The notes under the pieces were generated by a model. The model saw only the letters and a list, made by a program, of their open reading frames with translations. It ran no database searches and was not told where the DNA came from. This document shows positions 34,001 to 46,400 of a DNA stretch of 64,000 nt, piece after piece (positions within the stretch are counted from its first letter, which is position 1; every line of letters begins with the position of its first letter). The position numbers were made by a program, and so were the translations under genes. Source of the stretch: Carpediemonas membranifera BICM (Eukaryota > Protista > Fornicata); the NCBI GenBank assembly GCA_019828565.1, contig JAHDYR010000017.1, positions 249,361-313,360 on the forward strand, read 5' to 3'.

Positions 34001-34285
34001 AAAAGGGTGGCGGAACGCTGCAACACTGCAATGCTAATGGACAGAGGGGAGGAAGTGGTCCACAGGTATGTCCTATGGGTCGCTTCTTCCCCTCTGTCCA
34101 TTTTTTACACGATATCGATTTGCCGGATTTGACACATGTTGTGCGATCTTTAACTCCTCGCGTCCAAGCACCTCTCCCAAACGATCTGCAAGATCGACCA
34201 GCCCTGGATCACTTGGGCCTGCCTCCGTGCCCGGCCTGTTGCGATCAATCATGTTGATTAATTGCAACGAACGCGATCACCGGAA

Positions 34286-37002
34286 ATGGCGACTTTGGCT
34301 TCCGAGACGGAGATTATTAATACAGTGCATGGCATTGTCATGTATTCAGGCGCATGCTCGCTCAAGGTTCTCTTGGCGGTGCTGGAAGCGAAGATTGTTA
34401 CCAAATGTACAGTTTCCGGCCGTCCGCGTCTCGATGAGGCGTCTGTTCAAAGATTTTTGGACGTTTCGTTGGCTGTTTCTCGGAATCCGCGCTTCATTCT
34501 TACTCCTGCTCTTGAAACCGCTTTGGAGGCGAGAAATTTTCGTGGCGTCCAAAGATTTCTAAGCACAAAAATGTTGACCTCACTCTTGCAGCTTTCATCC
34601 CCAGTTCCCTCCAGTCAACGACAGTCACAGAGTTCTTGGAGGCATTTGCTGCGATAGCTTCGGTCGACTTAGGCGCCAACAAGTATGACCGCCTGCGTCG
34701 CGTTTATAATCACCTTTCACAGGCGATGAACGTCGCCGATCGAGTTCCACAACTCCCACCGGCGAAGCCCCTCAAGGATATTGGCCCGAGTCTTCTTGAT
34801 TACGGCCCACTGAACCGAAATCTCCGCGATCCAGCCTTGGTCACTGATATGGCAGCATACACACCGGCCAGCCTTATCTTTGACGGATTTAGCGGCTTGT
34901 CTATGGTCAACCCTGATACTGCTGCGTTTTCTGGTCTCCCTGTGACTGTTGCGTCAGACAACAGCATAAAAATCGCTTGTCAGCAGGAGCAGACGACTTC
35001 CATCCTCAGCCTCTTCCGCACTGACGAATATTTGGTCTCTGAGCATGTTTTCCACCACGAGAAGTTCTCAGTAGGGGGTTCAGGTGTCCTTATTCTGTCG
35101 CCATACGAGGGTCAAATTGACGCAGTCTGCCAGCGTCTCTCAGCGAACGACGTCGTGTTCCGCCGGTATCATAACAGTCGCCATGAGTATGCATCTAGCC
35201 TGACATACAACCTTCGGAAATGGATCATATTCGCTCTCGACAATCCCGCTTCAGTCGAACGTGCCAAAAACAGCTTCACTGTCGCGAAGACGGCAATGCG
35301 AAACTCGGTAGATTCCTCTTCTGCGAGTGTGAAGACGATCCAGCTATTTGTCTGGATTGACGGTTACCGCAAGGCCTCCACGGCGGTCAAGGTCAGACTC
35401 TATGACTCCTCCGGCAAAGTTCTCCCGCAGCTGATCACTCCTCCCTATACGATTTATCAGTACAGTGGAGATGAGGGTGACCTCCACAAACACTCAGCCG
35501 TCATCGAGAATCTCATCCGCCAGGCGACGACAATCTCTTACGATAAGTGTTTCATGATGCCCAACTGTACAGTTAAGGTGGAACTTACTGCGATACTGGC
35601 AGACCACAAGGCCATGCAGATCATCTGCGGGGTGAGCAAGGGCGGATACAGCAGGTCGCCGTTCTCGGCAATTGAATTTCCCCTTCTGCCAAGAAACCCG
35701 TACGATGCGTTCTGTAGCCGGCTGACTCTGGGACAGACCGTGCAGGGCCGAACCACCTTACTCAATGGTGAACACCAGACGACCCTGTTTCATAGTCTGG
35801 ATAATGGCCAGGTCCAGACACCACTATTCTGCCACTACGATAACGACACGAGACAATTTTACGTCAATTCTCCCAGTCTGAGTCAAGTCATCGTCTGCCC
35901 TCCAGTGATGCACGTCAGCCACGAGCTCATGAGGCAGATGTGGGTTCTACTGGAACGATTCACTCCAGCTGTTCGCGGCAACCACCTGCAGACCCATATC
36001 GATGCTGCCTTCACCCGCACGACGGGATGCAACGAACAGAGTTGGAATAGACACCGTCTTGCCGTTCTGTCCAACGATTACCTCCACAGCTTTGATGAAA
36101 CTCTCCGCCCCTTCATTCTGATCATCAGTCATCTCCAGGCTCTGCTCTACTCCAAGGCGCCCGTGACGGATTATACTGTTCGCAAGCTGTTTTTCATGGG
36201 GATGGTTACTTTCTACTTCTTCCATGTCTCGACCCTGCTCTTACCGACTGCCCAGCAGCCTCGGAACCGCAACAACCATGACGCCCAGGAACCTGAAGCC
36301 GGTAGAGATGTTCGGCAGAAGCCCTACCTCCGCTACGACACGGGCGATTTTGCAGGGTCGTTATACATGCACGACCTGATTGCAGTTTTGCCAGAAGTGT
36401 GCCACAGGCTGCGCATTCCACTCTTCAATCTCCTGGAGGAGTACTTCGAGCGAGACTTTTTGCTCGACGCAATTGTTCACAGAGAGAAGCATCGTGTGAG
36501 AACGCTGCTGTACAACTGTCAGAAGCTGCAGGTCAGGCGGTTTACAGCCTTTATCACTGGCGTTCGGACGTCTCGAAAGCACACAGACGTTGCGCCACTG
36601 CAGACTCACGTCAACCGGATTCGTCTTCACAAATGTCTGTGGGATGCCAGTTCTGCATTCAGCTGGCGAAACCGCATGTTTGGGACTTCCAAAGAGGTGA
36701 ATGACAATTTCAAAGGTTCCGTTCAGGACACTCTAGCAGCTTTACGTGACGGTCTTCAGCAGCATCTCAACAATGCCGTCCCTGACTCGTTTATAACTGA
36801 TGGTGACTATCTCACATGCGTTGTAGGAGACCACCATGATGAGAACTCTACTTGTACAGTCTGTATCTGCCAACGTCCATCTGATCCTGGGGTGCGGCCC
36901 GACGCACGGCAGTCACGCCAACAGCAAGCCGACCTTGATCAACGTCGCGCGTTGATTTCAGACGATGAGATCCAATTTCAGCAGCGGAGGGCACGGATGT
37001 AG
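34286..37002 (+). CDS. DDE transposase, CMC/Transib(RAG1)-like; main ORF 34636-37002 plus probable N-terminal piece from ATG 34286
   Basis: Largest ORF inside the TIRs; candidate triad WIDG / LADHK / LLEEYFE, with PPVMH and LYMH motifs in the order seen in CACTA/Chapaev/Transib transposases. Confidence 0.8.
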
Positions 37003-37540
37003 TATTTCTATCCAGTCCAGAGGGTGAGAACGAAGTAAAAGTTTGATTGACACGAAAATGCACGTATCCCGAACCACGAAGATGTAGTATGGTGACCTTT
37101 TAACGCACAGAGTAGACTGAAACTTCCCACTTGGCGCAGCTGGCCACAAATTGTTCTGATTTCATTTAGTGTGCACTTTAGGGGATAGTTTCATTGCAAC
37201 GCCAAAATGGCGAGTTCAGGTTGTAGCAATGATCTGATGCGCGGAATGTACTAGAAAACATTGCAATTACAACGCAAAGCAGCGAAAAGCGGAGAAATCA
37301 ACATCAATAACAACATCAACACCAAAAGAACAGTATCCCAAAGAGTTGTGGGCGTTGCTGCGCCAAAGAGCAATAAATGACCACAAAGCATTCGCTTATG
37401 CACAATTAGCTGCCAGAAAGAACACTACACCGTTACTTTGGATCATTCCAGTTCGCCGGAGATGACGCAGGTCCAGAACGCTGCCTTGGAGGGCTGGTGA
37501 AGCGGTAGTGTAGCGCTTACTCGCCAAGCGGGCGATGGTC

Positions 37541-37803
37541 TCGACGGGACGGTTGACGGTCTCAAGGTGGCCCTGCTCTTCGACGTACCAGGCGGACATA
37601 CCGATGACGGAGCGGCGCTGACCCTGGCGGACGTTATCCTCGCCCTGGGTGAAGCTGTTCTTGCCGCAGTACACGTCGATACCGATGGTGAGGCAGGGCT
37701 GTTGCATGGAGGCCGAGAAACCATAAACTGCACGGATCCACAAACGTGGATTGGCCTGAACGACAGCGCTGATGCCCAGACAGGCATACCGTCGGTTGTC
37801 CAT
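37541..37803 (-). pseudogene. Captured gene fragment resembling the start of a PIWI (Argonaute/Piwi) domain
   Basis: QPCLTIGIDVYCG..RRSVIGMSA resembles the PIWI (M)xxGxDVxH..xSxxGxxA motif; strongly C/G-ending codons at 37541-37702 unlike the flanks. Confidence 0.5.
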
Positions 37804-38752
37804 AGCACGTAGCAGTCAACTACCTGCCAATTGTATCAGTCTCCAGCCATAAGTCCAAAGCATGGCCACCTATACGGCAGCCAGAGCCGATCCACATTTG
37901 TGGATTCAGCTAAACCGGGCATGCCACAACACTGCATCTAGTCCCAATACACGCGTGTATATACGCTAGAGAGGGCCGCATTTGGCCTTAGGAAACGGCT
38001 ATGGGGTACAGCTTTTTAATCCTTAAAGTGCGTTGCATCGATGCAACAAGCAACTACCTCAAACGTGCGAGCTACCATCGATTTCTTGGCACCAACACGA
38101 CACATTGAAGTCAGATAACTACGCGGTCAGCTATGAGCACACTAAACAACATCACTGTGCCAAAATACATCTTTGGACATCAGGCATGCCACAGAACATG
38201 TAAGCAACATCAAACCCGCCTAATTCCAGCTCATTTAGTCAATAAACACATCAACACATTCCAATATCTCCTCATGATGCGCCAGATGGCAAGTGACTCT
38301 GGCCTGCTCCTCCGGTGAATGACAATGCAGAAGTCTGGCTGTGGACTTGAGTCAGTCGGACGTGCCGGCCTGCATGCTTCCTTGCGTTGTATGTAGATGT
38401 GGTCTGTTAGCCTGTTGCTCGGGTGGTTAACAAGGGTGAGTGAATAAAAGTGTGTTGAGGAAGTACGATCACGTGCTCGAGAACACCTCCCCCAACATTA
38501 CCCTTCAGGACGTCGCATCCTTTGCCTACAACGCCTCCCATCTTTATTCAGCTGGGCCAGCCCCATCAGATTGATGACCCGCCACCCATGGCCATGATGG
38601 TCGGCAAGACCCTGCCCCACACTACCGTGAGTTCCCTCTCTACCGCGGCCTCAAGTTCATCTAGAGAGTCTCCCGGCCACCAGTGACACCAGCCAACCAT
38701 CGAGCATGTTAAGAACAAGCTCGAGTCGCCGCTGAACTGAGCGCTAGAACCA

Positions 38753-39340
38753 ATGAGTAGCGCTAGTTCCTCGTCATCGGCCATCAAAGATGCGCTGATC
38801 GCCGCATTCCGCACCTCGCTCACCGCAACGGCCTCCATCTCCGGGGACATACCATCCTTGCTCCAATGCGCCTACACCAGGCATTTTGGCGAGGAGATGC
38901 CCTCGGTCCATAACGCAGAGAGCACTACTGCATCATGTAGCGCCCCTTCTCTCGAATCCCTCCTCGCCACGCTCTCCAAGATCCCCCCGCTTGAACCAAC
39001 CGCACAAGTCCTCCTAGATCACGCCCGCTCGATCCTCGCAGACGGACCCCCGCTGTCCATGAACGTCGAGCTCTCGCCTGGCGATGAGCTCCCGATCGCC
39101 ATGCACACGCTGAACCAGGGCGCGGTGTGGGCGTGTCTGGTGGGTGGCGGGGCCAACCCGACCTCGAGGACAGAGTGCTGAAGGAGGCTCAAGAGCAGTG
39201 GCCAGGCATAGACGGCATGATCAGCGACGCGTTCACCCCCGAGGCCAAGTGCCTCTGGTTCCTCTGCCGCAAGTTCTTTTCACGCTGAACGTCGCAGAGA
39301 AGAACGGCGAGAGCTACATCAGTAAGCACTTTAGACTTTA
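38753..39340 (+). pseudogene. Unidentified gene fragment(s) carried by the transposon
   Basis: 142-aa ORF plus a frameshifted coding-like continuation cut off by the 250-bp repeat. Confidence 0.35.
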
Positions 39341-39722
39341 GAGAAATCAACATCAATAACAACATCAACACCAAAAGAACAGTATCCCAAAGAGTTGTGG
39401 GCGTTGCTGCGCCAAAGAGCAATAAATGACCACAAAGCATTCGCTTATGCACAATTAGCTGCCAGAAAGAACACTACACCGTTACTTTGGATCATTCCAG
39501 TTCGCCGGAGATGACGCAGGTCCAGAACGCTGCCTTGGAGGGCTGGTGAAGCGGTAGTGTAGCGCTTACTCGCCAAACGGGCGATGGTCTGATCAAGGTT
39601 CGGCAAGGGTCTTTGGGTCTCGTTGTTGACATGCGACGGCAAGCCCACTCTGAGGTCTCGCATGAGCCCCCGCACAGTATCAAATCTGCGGCATAAACTT
39701 ACAATATGTCATTCATTGACCT

Positions 39723-40852
39723 TTATTGATTCGAATCACTGTTATCCTCGGCATCAGCTGTATCAAAATGCTTCATCATGTCACGGAAGTGCGAGAGATC
39801 GAATACCTCCCCTTCCTGATGCAGTGACTTATAGCAAGAAATGCAGATAGGGCCTCTCTCAGAGGGACGACCCATAAGGTCGGGGCCAGACTCAAACTTA
39901 TTAAAGGCGATGTGGTCCTTGCAGAAGTATGCATGGCAGTACATGCACATGAAAGAGTTGACACCGTTCGCGGAGATATCAGTCTCACAGCCTCCCTTCA
40001 TGCATATAGTCTGCTTCTCAGCGTTTGAACAGAGCTCACAGACGGTGAACGTCTTGTCATTGTTGTTCTTGTCCTTGCGAGTGACCGTCGAAAAGCTATC
40101 ATCCTCACAGATTCTGTGGACGAACCTGTGGCAGAAGTCGCACTCTAAGACAGTTTCGTCTGTTCTACCGTCAACGAAGAAGAGGCCACGTAAGTCTGCG
40201 CAGTAAGGGCAACACTTGCGGAGGCTGTTCTTCCACATCTTGGCAGTGGTGCCCATAAAGTATTCCGCGTCGGAAGCGCCTGGCTTCGTGTTCCTAAACT
40301 GCTCAGTCATGTGGTTCACGGCCTCAATCATCTCAGCGACGTTGGCACCGTTGACTGACGAAGCTTGCATTGCACGCGTGGAGTCAACGGACATAGTGGG
40401 CTGCTCAGCGGTCTGAACAGTGGGGTGGGGGTGGGGACGGCAGGATTGCGGCGCGGCTGGCACACCCGGAAGGCTCTTTGGGAGCTTTCGAGCTTGGAAT
40501 TTCGCAAATGATCAGTTTCAGCGTCAGTGAGAGTTACAAGCTGGCTGAGTCCGGCTATCAATGCGGCACGCCCTGTATCTGTCGCGTGAATTCCTTGGTA
40601 GATGCCCTTCGTGTTAGGAGAGAGTTTGCGGCCAGCAAGGTTCTCGATAGCCTTGGGTACTGACCTCATGAAGTCCTGCTTACGCGGCATGCGCTCTAGA
40701 ACAGTTTTTGGGAGGATTGCAAGGATTGCATCCGCGATGGAGCGACAATCGCATTTCGTGCTTCTCTCTTCCCAACGATAGCATGTTGCGATGATTGTGT
40801 GCACAATATCACGCACAGTATCTCTTGAAAGCCGCTCCTGGTCTTCTACCAT
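39723..40852 (-). CDS. PHD-finger cargo protein (ORFs 40328-40852 and 39723-40463, probably one gene)
   Basis: CPYC..CDFCHRFVHRIC..CELC (C4HC3), followed by C..C..CMYCHAYFCKDH..CISC. Confidence 0.78.
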
Positions 40853-41990
40853 ACTGCCCCACTTTTGTGGGGGTGTAAAAAACTGAGTGCAGTTTTAAGT
40901 TGGAAATGGAATCCTACAGGTATAGAGACTATTACGAAGAGATAGGAACCGTTATAGCTGCAATTGATGCAATATTAGCACATCCAGAACTGTGGGCGGT
41001 AGCAGAGCGTGTTGGAATGGATAGATTAGCAAGAGCGAAGGGCTTACTCAATATAGAGCAAGAAAGGGCCAAATGCGGGATTCCGCCATCAAGTTCAGAA
41101 GAGTACAGTGATTCACAGTAAACCGTAGCGATCTATTGAGTTATATTCAGTTCTGGCCATGTTCGGCTTTTCCGGAATGTCAAAAATTTGACACGTCCAT
41201 TTCTCCAAATTGCTGATTGCCAACGCTAGACCAGACATGCCAGGCTGTAGTACACGTGCTATACTACAACGTGGTGGTTCTGGTTTGCCGTTGGCAATCA
41301 GCAATTTCGAGAACAGACAAACTTCTTTTGCGATTTTTGCAACTTCTGGAGCATATATCATTTGGTACAGACCCAGCCACGCAATAAAAACGCATAGCGT
41401 GGCTTACCATGGTCGAAACTATCTTAGAAAAGTTTGCGGTAAATATTGATATTGATATTGATATAGATCTCGAGATTTAATGTCCCTTAGGTAGCCCTTG
41501 GATGCAAACATCCGCCCAGTAAATTTCGCTGTACAGCTCTAGCCCAATACAAAAATATGAGGGCTCGAAGTTTTGGCCTTCTCAGAAAAAGGTGGCAGTA
41601 TACTGCTACTTTTCTTTGCTTGAGTAGCTGTATTACACCCCCTCCAGACAGCATGTCCTTCCCACTTGCGATCCATAATCCCAGGTATCTCGCCTCCTTC
41701 TCTGGCAGTAGTGTTACCCCCTCGATCCTGACTAGGGCTGTTCTGTGCACGCTAATCATTACATTCTTCTGGGCGTTCACCCTCATTTCATGCTCTCTGA
41801 TTATGTCTACCATTATGTTGGCGACCATCTGGCTATGCTCCGGTTTGCTCCCTGTGACCGCAGTGTCATCCACAAACATGGTAAGTTCTGCCAGTAGTCG
41901 GTCTGTGCCCTTAACCTGCGGAATTCGTAAAACAGTCTTTATCATATTTCTGGGCCCTAGCACGGCACAGTATCGATACTGCCGATTCAA

Positions 41991-43433
41991 ATGAAGACTC
42001 TTACAATTGACACCCCGTTCGCCGTCGAGAGAGCACTCCAGGAGTACCTCTCGGCGATGCCCCACGAGAAGAATCCAATTTCGTTCTTTAGGGCATTGTC
42101 CCCCGAGACAACAGAAAAACTTCGCGCCCAGTGGCGCCCAACCACTCTTTTTGACACTTTCGAGGACCTACAACGAACCGTTCTGTCCGATTCCGATGCT
42201 CGCCGCGCGGCGAACACAAGCTCTGCCAGTACTGCGGCACGAGCCCGTACAACGAAGACCGACAACCTCACCGCCATCTGGGTAGAGGAGGTACAGAAGA
42301 CCATAAGAAAAGCCACGTTCGCCGCCTGTAGCGAGTGTGCAGCTAAGCACAAGGACCCCACCCTGACAGCAATGACCCGGGAGTGCCTTGAAGCTCAACA
42401 TCCCCAGATACTGACTGACTGCGGCAAGAAGGCCCGCGACTTCTTCACCCAGCTGACCGACGACCACGACATCGCAAACGTCGAGACAGTCGCACGGCCT
42501 GGCAACCTGACCGGCCCGGACGGCGAAGACGTCTCGGTGGCGTTCGTGTACATGCCCCCAGTGCCCGAGGAGACCAAGCCCGCCCCCTCCTCGGCGGCTT
42601 GGCCAGTCTTCGATGGCGGGGACGTCTACGCTTTCCTCGCCAAGGAGGCGACCTCCATCGCCCCCTACCTCGCATATACCCTCTTGACTAGTACGGACCC
42701 GGGCGCAAGAGCCAAGCTCCTCAAGGCAAAGCTCGACAACATCACGCTATACGGTCCGGAGCCCCGGCACCGAACGGCCGTCGAGAAGGCACGTAAGCTC
42801 ATAAGCGCCCTCAACCCAGACATCAAGGACGTCCCCACCATCTCCGCAAAACTGCTCGAGCGGATCATTCGGGACTTCGCCACTAGAGGTTTCTCCAAAG
42901 AAGCCGAGGATGTATACGAAGAAGAGATTGAGGACTACTCCGACAAGATCAGCGAACTTCTCGACAAACTACGCGACTTGGATGTTGATCACGACGAGAA
43001 CATCATTATCCCATGGCGTGCCTTCAGACTCGCCAGCCCACAAGCCGACAACAACGAGCAGGCGTCGGGCACTTCAGGCAGGAAGCCGCTCGCTCGCAGG
43101 CTCGATGGTCGCGATCCGTTCCAGCAGTTCAGGGACAAGACCAAGTTCCGCATGCCTCCTTCCCACACGAGATACTGCACACAGCATGGCTGGAACCCGC
43201 ACCACGAGACGAAGGACTGCAGGTTCCTCATCAGACGGGAGGCTTACAAGGCCCAAGAACGCCAGCCACAGACCGAGAAGCGTCAGGAACGCAGACCCGA
43301 AGAGCGGCAAAAGCAGCCCGGCAACCGCGCACGCCCTGTGGCGCCCACCAGTCACCAACAGTCGGATCGCCGGGCCGGCCGCATGGACCTCCGCCCCTCG
43401 TCTACCCTGAAGAACCCCCCGCCGCGTCGATGA
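41991..43433 (+). CDS. gag: Gag with CHHC-type knuckle
   Basis: First ORF after the LTR; YCTQHGWNPHHETKDC. Confidence 0.85.
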   Translation: MKTLTIDTPFAVERALQEYLSAMPHEKNPISFFRALSPETTEKLRAQWRPTTLFDTFEDLQRTVLSDSDARRAANTSSASTAARARTTKTDNLTAIWVEEVQKTIRKATFAACSECAAKHKDPTLTAMTRECLEAQHPQILTDCGKKARDFFTQLTDDHDIANVETVARPGNLTGPDGEDVSVAFVYMPPVPEETKPAPSSAAWPVFDGGDVYAFLAKEATSIAPYLAYTLLTSTDPGARAKLLKAKLDNITLYGPEPRHRTAVEKARKLISALNPDIKDVPTISAKLLERIIRDFATRGFSKEAEDVYEEEIEDYSDKISELLDKLRDLDVDHDENIIIPWRAFRLASPQADNNEQASGTSGRKPLARRLDGRDPFQQFRDKTKFRMPPSHTRYCTQHGWNPHHETKDCRFLIRREAYKAQERQPQTEKRQERRPEERQKQPGNRARPVAPTSHQQSDRRAGRMDLRPSSTLKNPPPRR

Positions 43434-43434
43434 G

Positions 43435-46400
43435 GTGTTTGACGCGGATGAAGCGTCTCATTCGGAGTTGGAGAACGAAGTCTACGAGATCGAGGACATC
43501 ATACTCGACAAGGACCCGGTGAAGGTCCCGGCTGTTATCAACGGCCAGCACATGAACGTCAAGTTCGACATCGGCGCTTGCACGTCGGTCATATCAGCCC
43601 CTGCCCTCGCAGCGATCCCCGACGTGACCCTGATACCGACCTCAGTCGAACTTCTCGGCGCTGGGGACGATATCATCTCCACTGGCAAAGCCGCCAAGGT
43701 CTCGCTGACCCTCCCCAGTGTCGACGGAAAGACCGTGACCACCACTGCGTTGCTCATGGTCACGAAGGGCCAGAGGAAGAAGGTCCTCATTGGACGCGAT
43801 TTGCTCCGCCGCCTCGGCTTCCTGCTGAACGACCGGCTACTAATACCGTCCGCTGACCCGATCGATGACGACGACGGCCTGGGACAGCACCCCTACCTCG
43901 ACTCGACAACAGAAGAAGTCGACCCCGAGGAAGAGTGGCGCAAGGTTAAGCTGCCGACCGAAGAGAACCCGGAGCTGGCTGCCTGGCTGACCGACTTCCT
44001 TCGCGAGCGCAAGGCCGTGTTTGGCCCTCTACCTCCGGATGGCAGCAGGATGCCGCCACACGAGATCGTCGTCGATCCAAGCCGCCCTACACCCAGGGCC
44101 CGACCCAGGCCGTTGAAGGGTGACCCGGGAAACTCAGCCCTCGCGGAGATCGACAAGATGCTCAACCAGGGCGTGATCCGAGAGAGTCAAAGTCCGCACT
44201 CTAGCCCGCACGTCATGGAAAAGAAGAAGAGCGGCGAAGACCGCTTCTGCATCGCTTACAACGTCTTGAACAACGCCACCATCGACGACCTGTACCCCAC
44301 GCCGGACATCCGATCGTTTGTACACGAGGCGAGCGGATGCTCCGTGTTCGCGGCGCTCGACCTGCGCAGCGGATACTGGCAGCAGAACATGGCAACCGAT
44401 AGCATCCCGCTCACCGCATTCACCGTCCCGGGCGGGCATTACGAGTTCTTACGTACACCATTCGGGCTGAAGAACGCCCCAGCAAAGTTCCAGCGAGCCA
44501 TGGACGAGATGCTCGCTGGTATCGACGGTTCGAGAGCCTATATCGACGATATCTTTGCGTACGCCCGCTCCATTCAGGATTTCAAGTCGACCCTCACCCA
44601 GATCTTCGACCAGTTGGAAGCTTACGATATCAAACTCCGCGCCGACAAGTGTGCCATTGGCATGAAGGAGGTTGAAGTCTGTGGGTTTATAGTCAACGAG
44701 TCTGGCAGGTCGGTTTCCCCCTCACGTATCGCAGCCATCCAGGACCTCACACCCCCAACGACGACAACGGAGCTGCGCCGCACGCTAGGCAAGTTCAACT
44801 ATCTGTCAAACTATATCCCACACCTCGCCCACGCATCAGCCCCGCTCAACGCCCTCCTAAAGGGATCGCCGCAGAAGTCGGCCCCCCTCGATTGGACTGC
44901 CACTGAGGACGAAGCATTCGCCCGTATGAAGACCCTAGTAGCCGAGCACACCGCCCTCGCGCTCCCAGACCTGAGTGCAAAGTGGACTCTCGAGACCGAC
45001 GCATCGTCGACCGCCATCGGTGGTGTACTGTGGCAGGGCGAGGGTGACGAGAAGGTCCCACTCGCCTTCTACAGCAAGACCCTCGACGAGACCCAGCAAC
45101 GGTGGTCCACGGTGGAACAGGAGCTTTTCGCCATTGTCTATTGTGTAACGCGACCAGAGTTTTCCCCCCTCTTCAAGCTGAAGCCGTTCGAGCTTCGCAC
45201 GGACCATCGTAATCTGATATGGCTACTCAGGAAGACAGACGAGGACGGCACTAAGAAACTGACACGATGGCGACTCACCATGACAGAGTATCCGTATAAC
45301 GTCACACACATAGCTGGAGCGCAGAACCTCGTAGCCGACGCACTGTCGCGGCCATCATCTCAGCGCAAGAACGAGGTGCGCCGCTCGATCGACCACGTCA
45401 CCACGACGCGCCAAGAGCAGATCACCAGGGCGCACGCCGGTGCACAGGGCCACGTCGGCCCAGACCAGACCATCGCCAATCTGGAAGCAGTCCGGTGTCA
45501 CGTGGCCAGGCATGTCGGATGACGTCCGCGCGACCTTACGCCAGTGTCCAATCTGTCGCAAGACAAAGCCAGCCCGCAAGGAGCCGATCAAGTGGCACTC
45601 TACTCAGCGCATCCGCCCATTCGAGACGGTGCAGGTGGACACCATTGGCCCTTTGCCCGAGAGAGACGGTCTCAAGTACGTCATCACGGTGGTGGACGTG
45701 TTCTCGAAGTTCACCATATTGAAGCCCACACGGTCAACGAGCGCAGCCGAGGCAGCAGCCGCATTGCTGGAGATCTGGGCGACTTTCGGCGTCCCGGCCG
45801 AGCTCCAGTCTGACCAAGGTACACAGTTCAGGAATGCCCTAGTCGAGGAGATGAACGAGCGACTGAGCCTCAAGCACCGGTTCAGTACGGCATATCATCC
45901 GGCCAGCAACGGCGTAGTCGAACGCCTGAATGGTACCGTCATGAGACGCTTAAGAGCGCTCCTGCTGGACGCCCGCGACGACAACTGGCCCGCATACCTG
46001 CCCATCGCCCAGCACGTTATCAACGCCACCCGCCACTCCACCACAGGCCTCAGCCCCTTCGAACTATTGTTCGGACGCAAGTCAACCATGCTGCGCGTCG
46101 CGCCCGACGCCCTGACCAACGCAACCCAGATGCTCGAGCCGGGCTCAGTCGAAGCCGACGACATCGTCCGCTTCCAGGCCCACGTCACGTCGCTCCAACA
46201 ACTTGCCGCGATCAAGGTCAAAGCCTACGAGGTAAACAAGGCTGCAGGCTCCTCGGACAGCACACGGGCCTGGGAGAACGAAACCTACGTCCTGCTGAGA
46301 TACCCGGGCAAGCCGCCGACCAAGCTACTCCCGCCTCTGCGCGGACCGCTCCGCATGGAGGGGGAAGGGCGATCACCCCAACACCTACAAGGTGATGGAT

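Larger units (their letters stand above)
37292..39590. repeat. 250-bp direct repeat (37292-37541 and 39341-39590)
   Basis: Near-identical copies starting GAGAAATCAACATCAATAAC and ending GGCGATGGTCT; one mismatch noticed. Confidence 0.95.
33088..41655 (+). mobile_element. Complete 8,568-bp cut-and-paste DNA transposon with 22-bp TIRs
   Basis: Perfect TIR CATGCTGTCTGGAGGGGGTGTA at 33088-33109 and 41634-41655. TSD is TC (2 bp), or GTCC (4 bp) if the ends are ATG..CAT. Removing it restores LINE-C ORF2. Confidence 0.95.

Noticed and set aside
37292-39590. 250-bp direct repeats as LTRs of a TRIM-like element
   Set aside because: No TG..CA ends, PBS, PPT or TSD seen.
43405-43440. Programmed +1 frameshift between gag and pol
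   Set aside because: Plausible, but it sits at a C6 run in a sequence with many apparent indel errors, so it cannot be supported.
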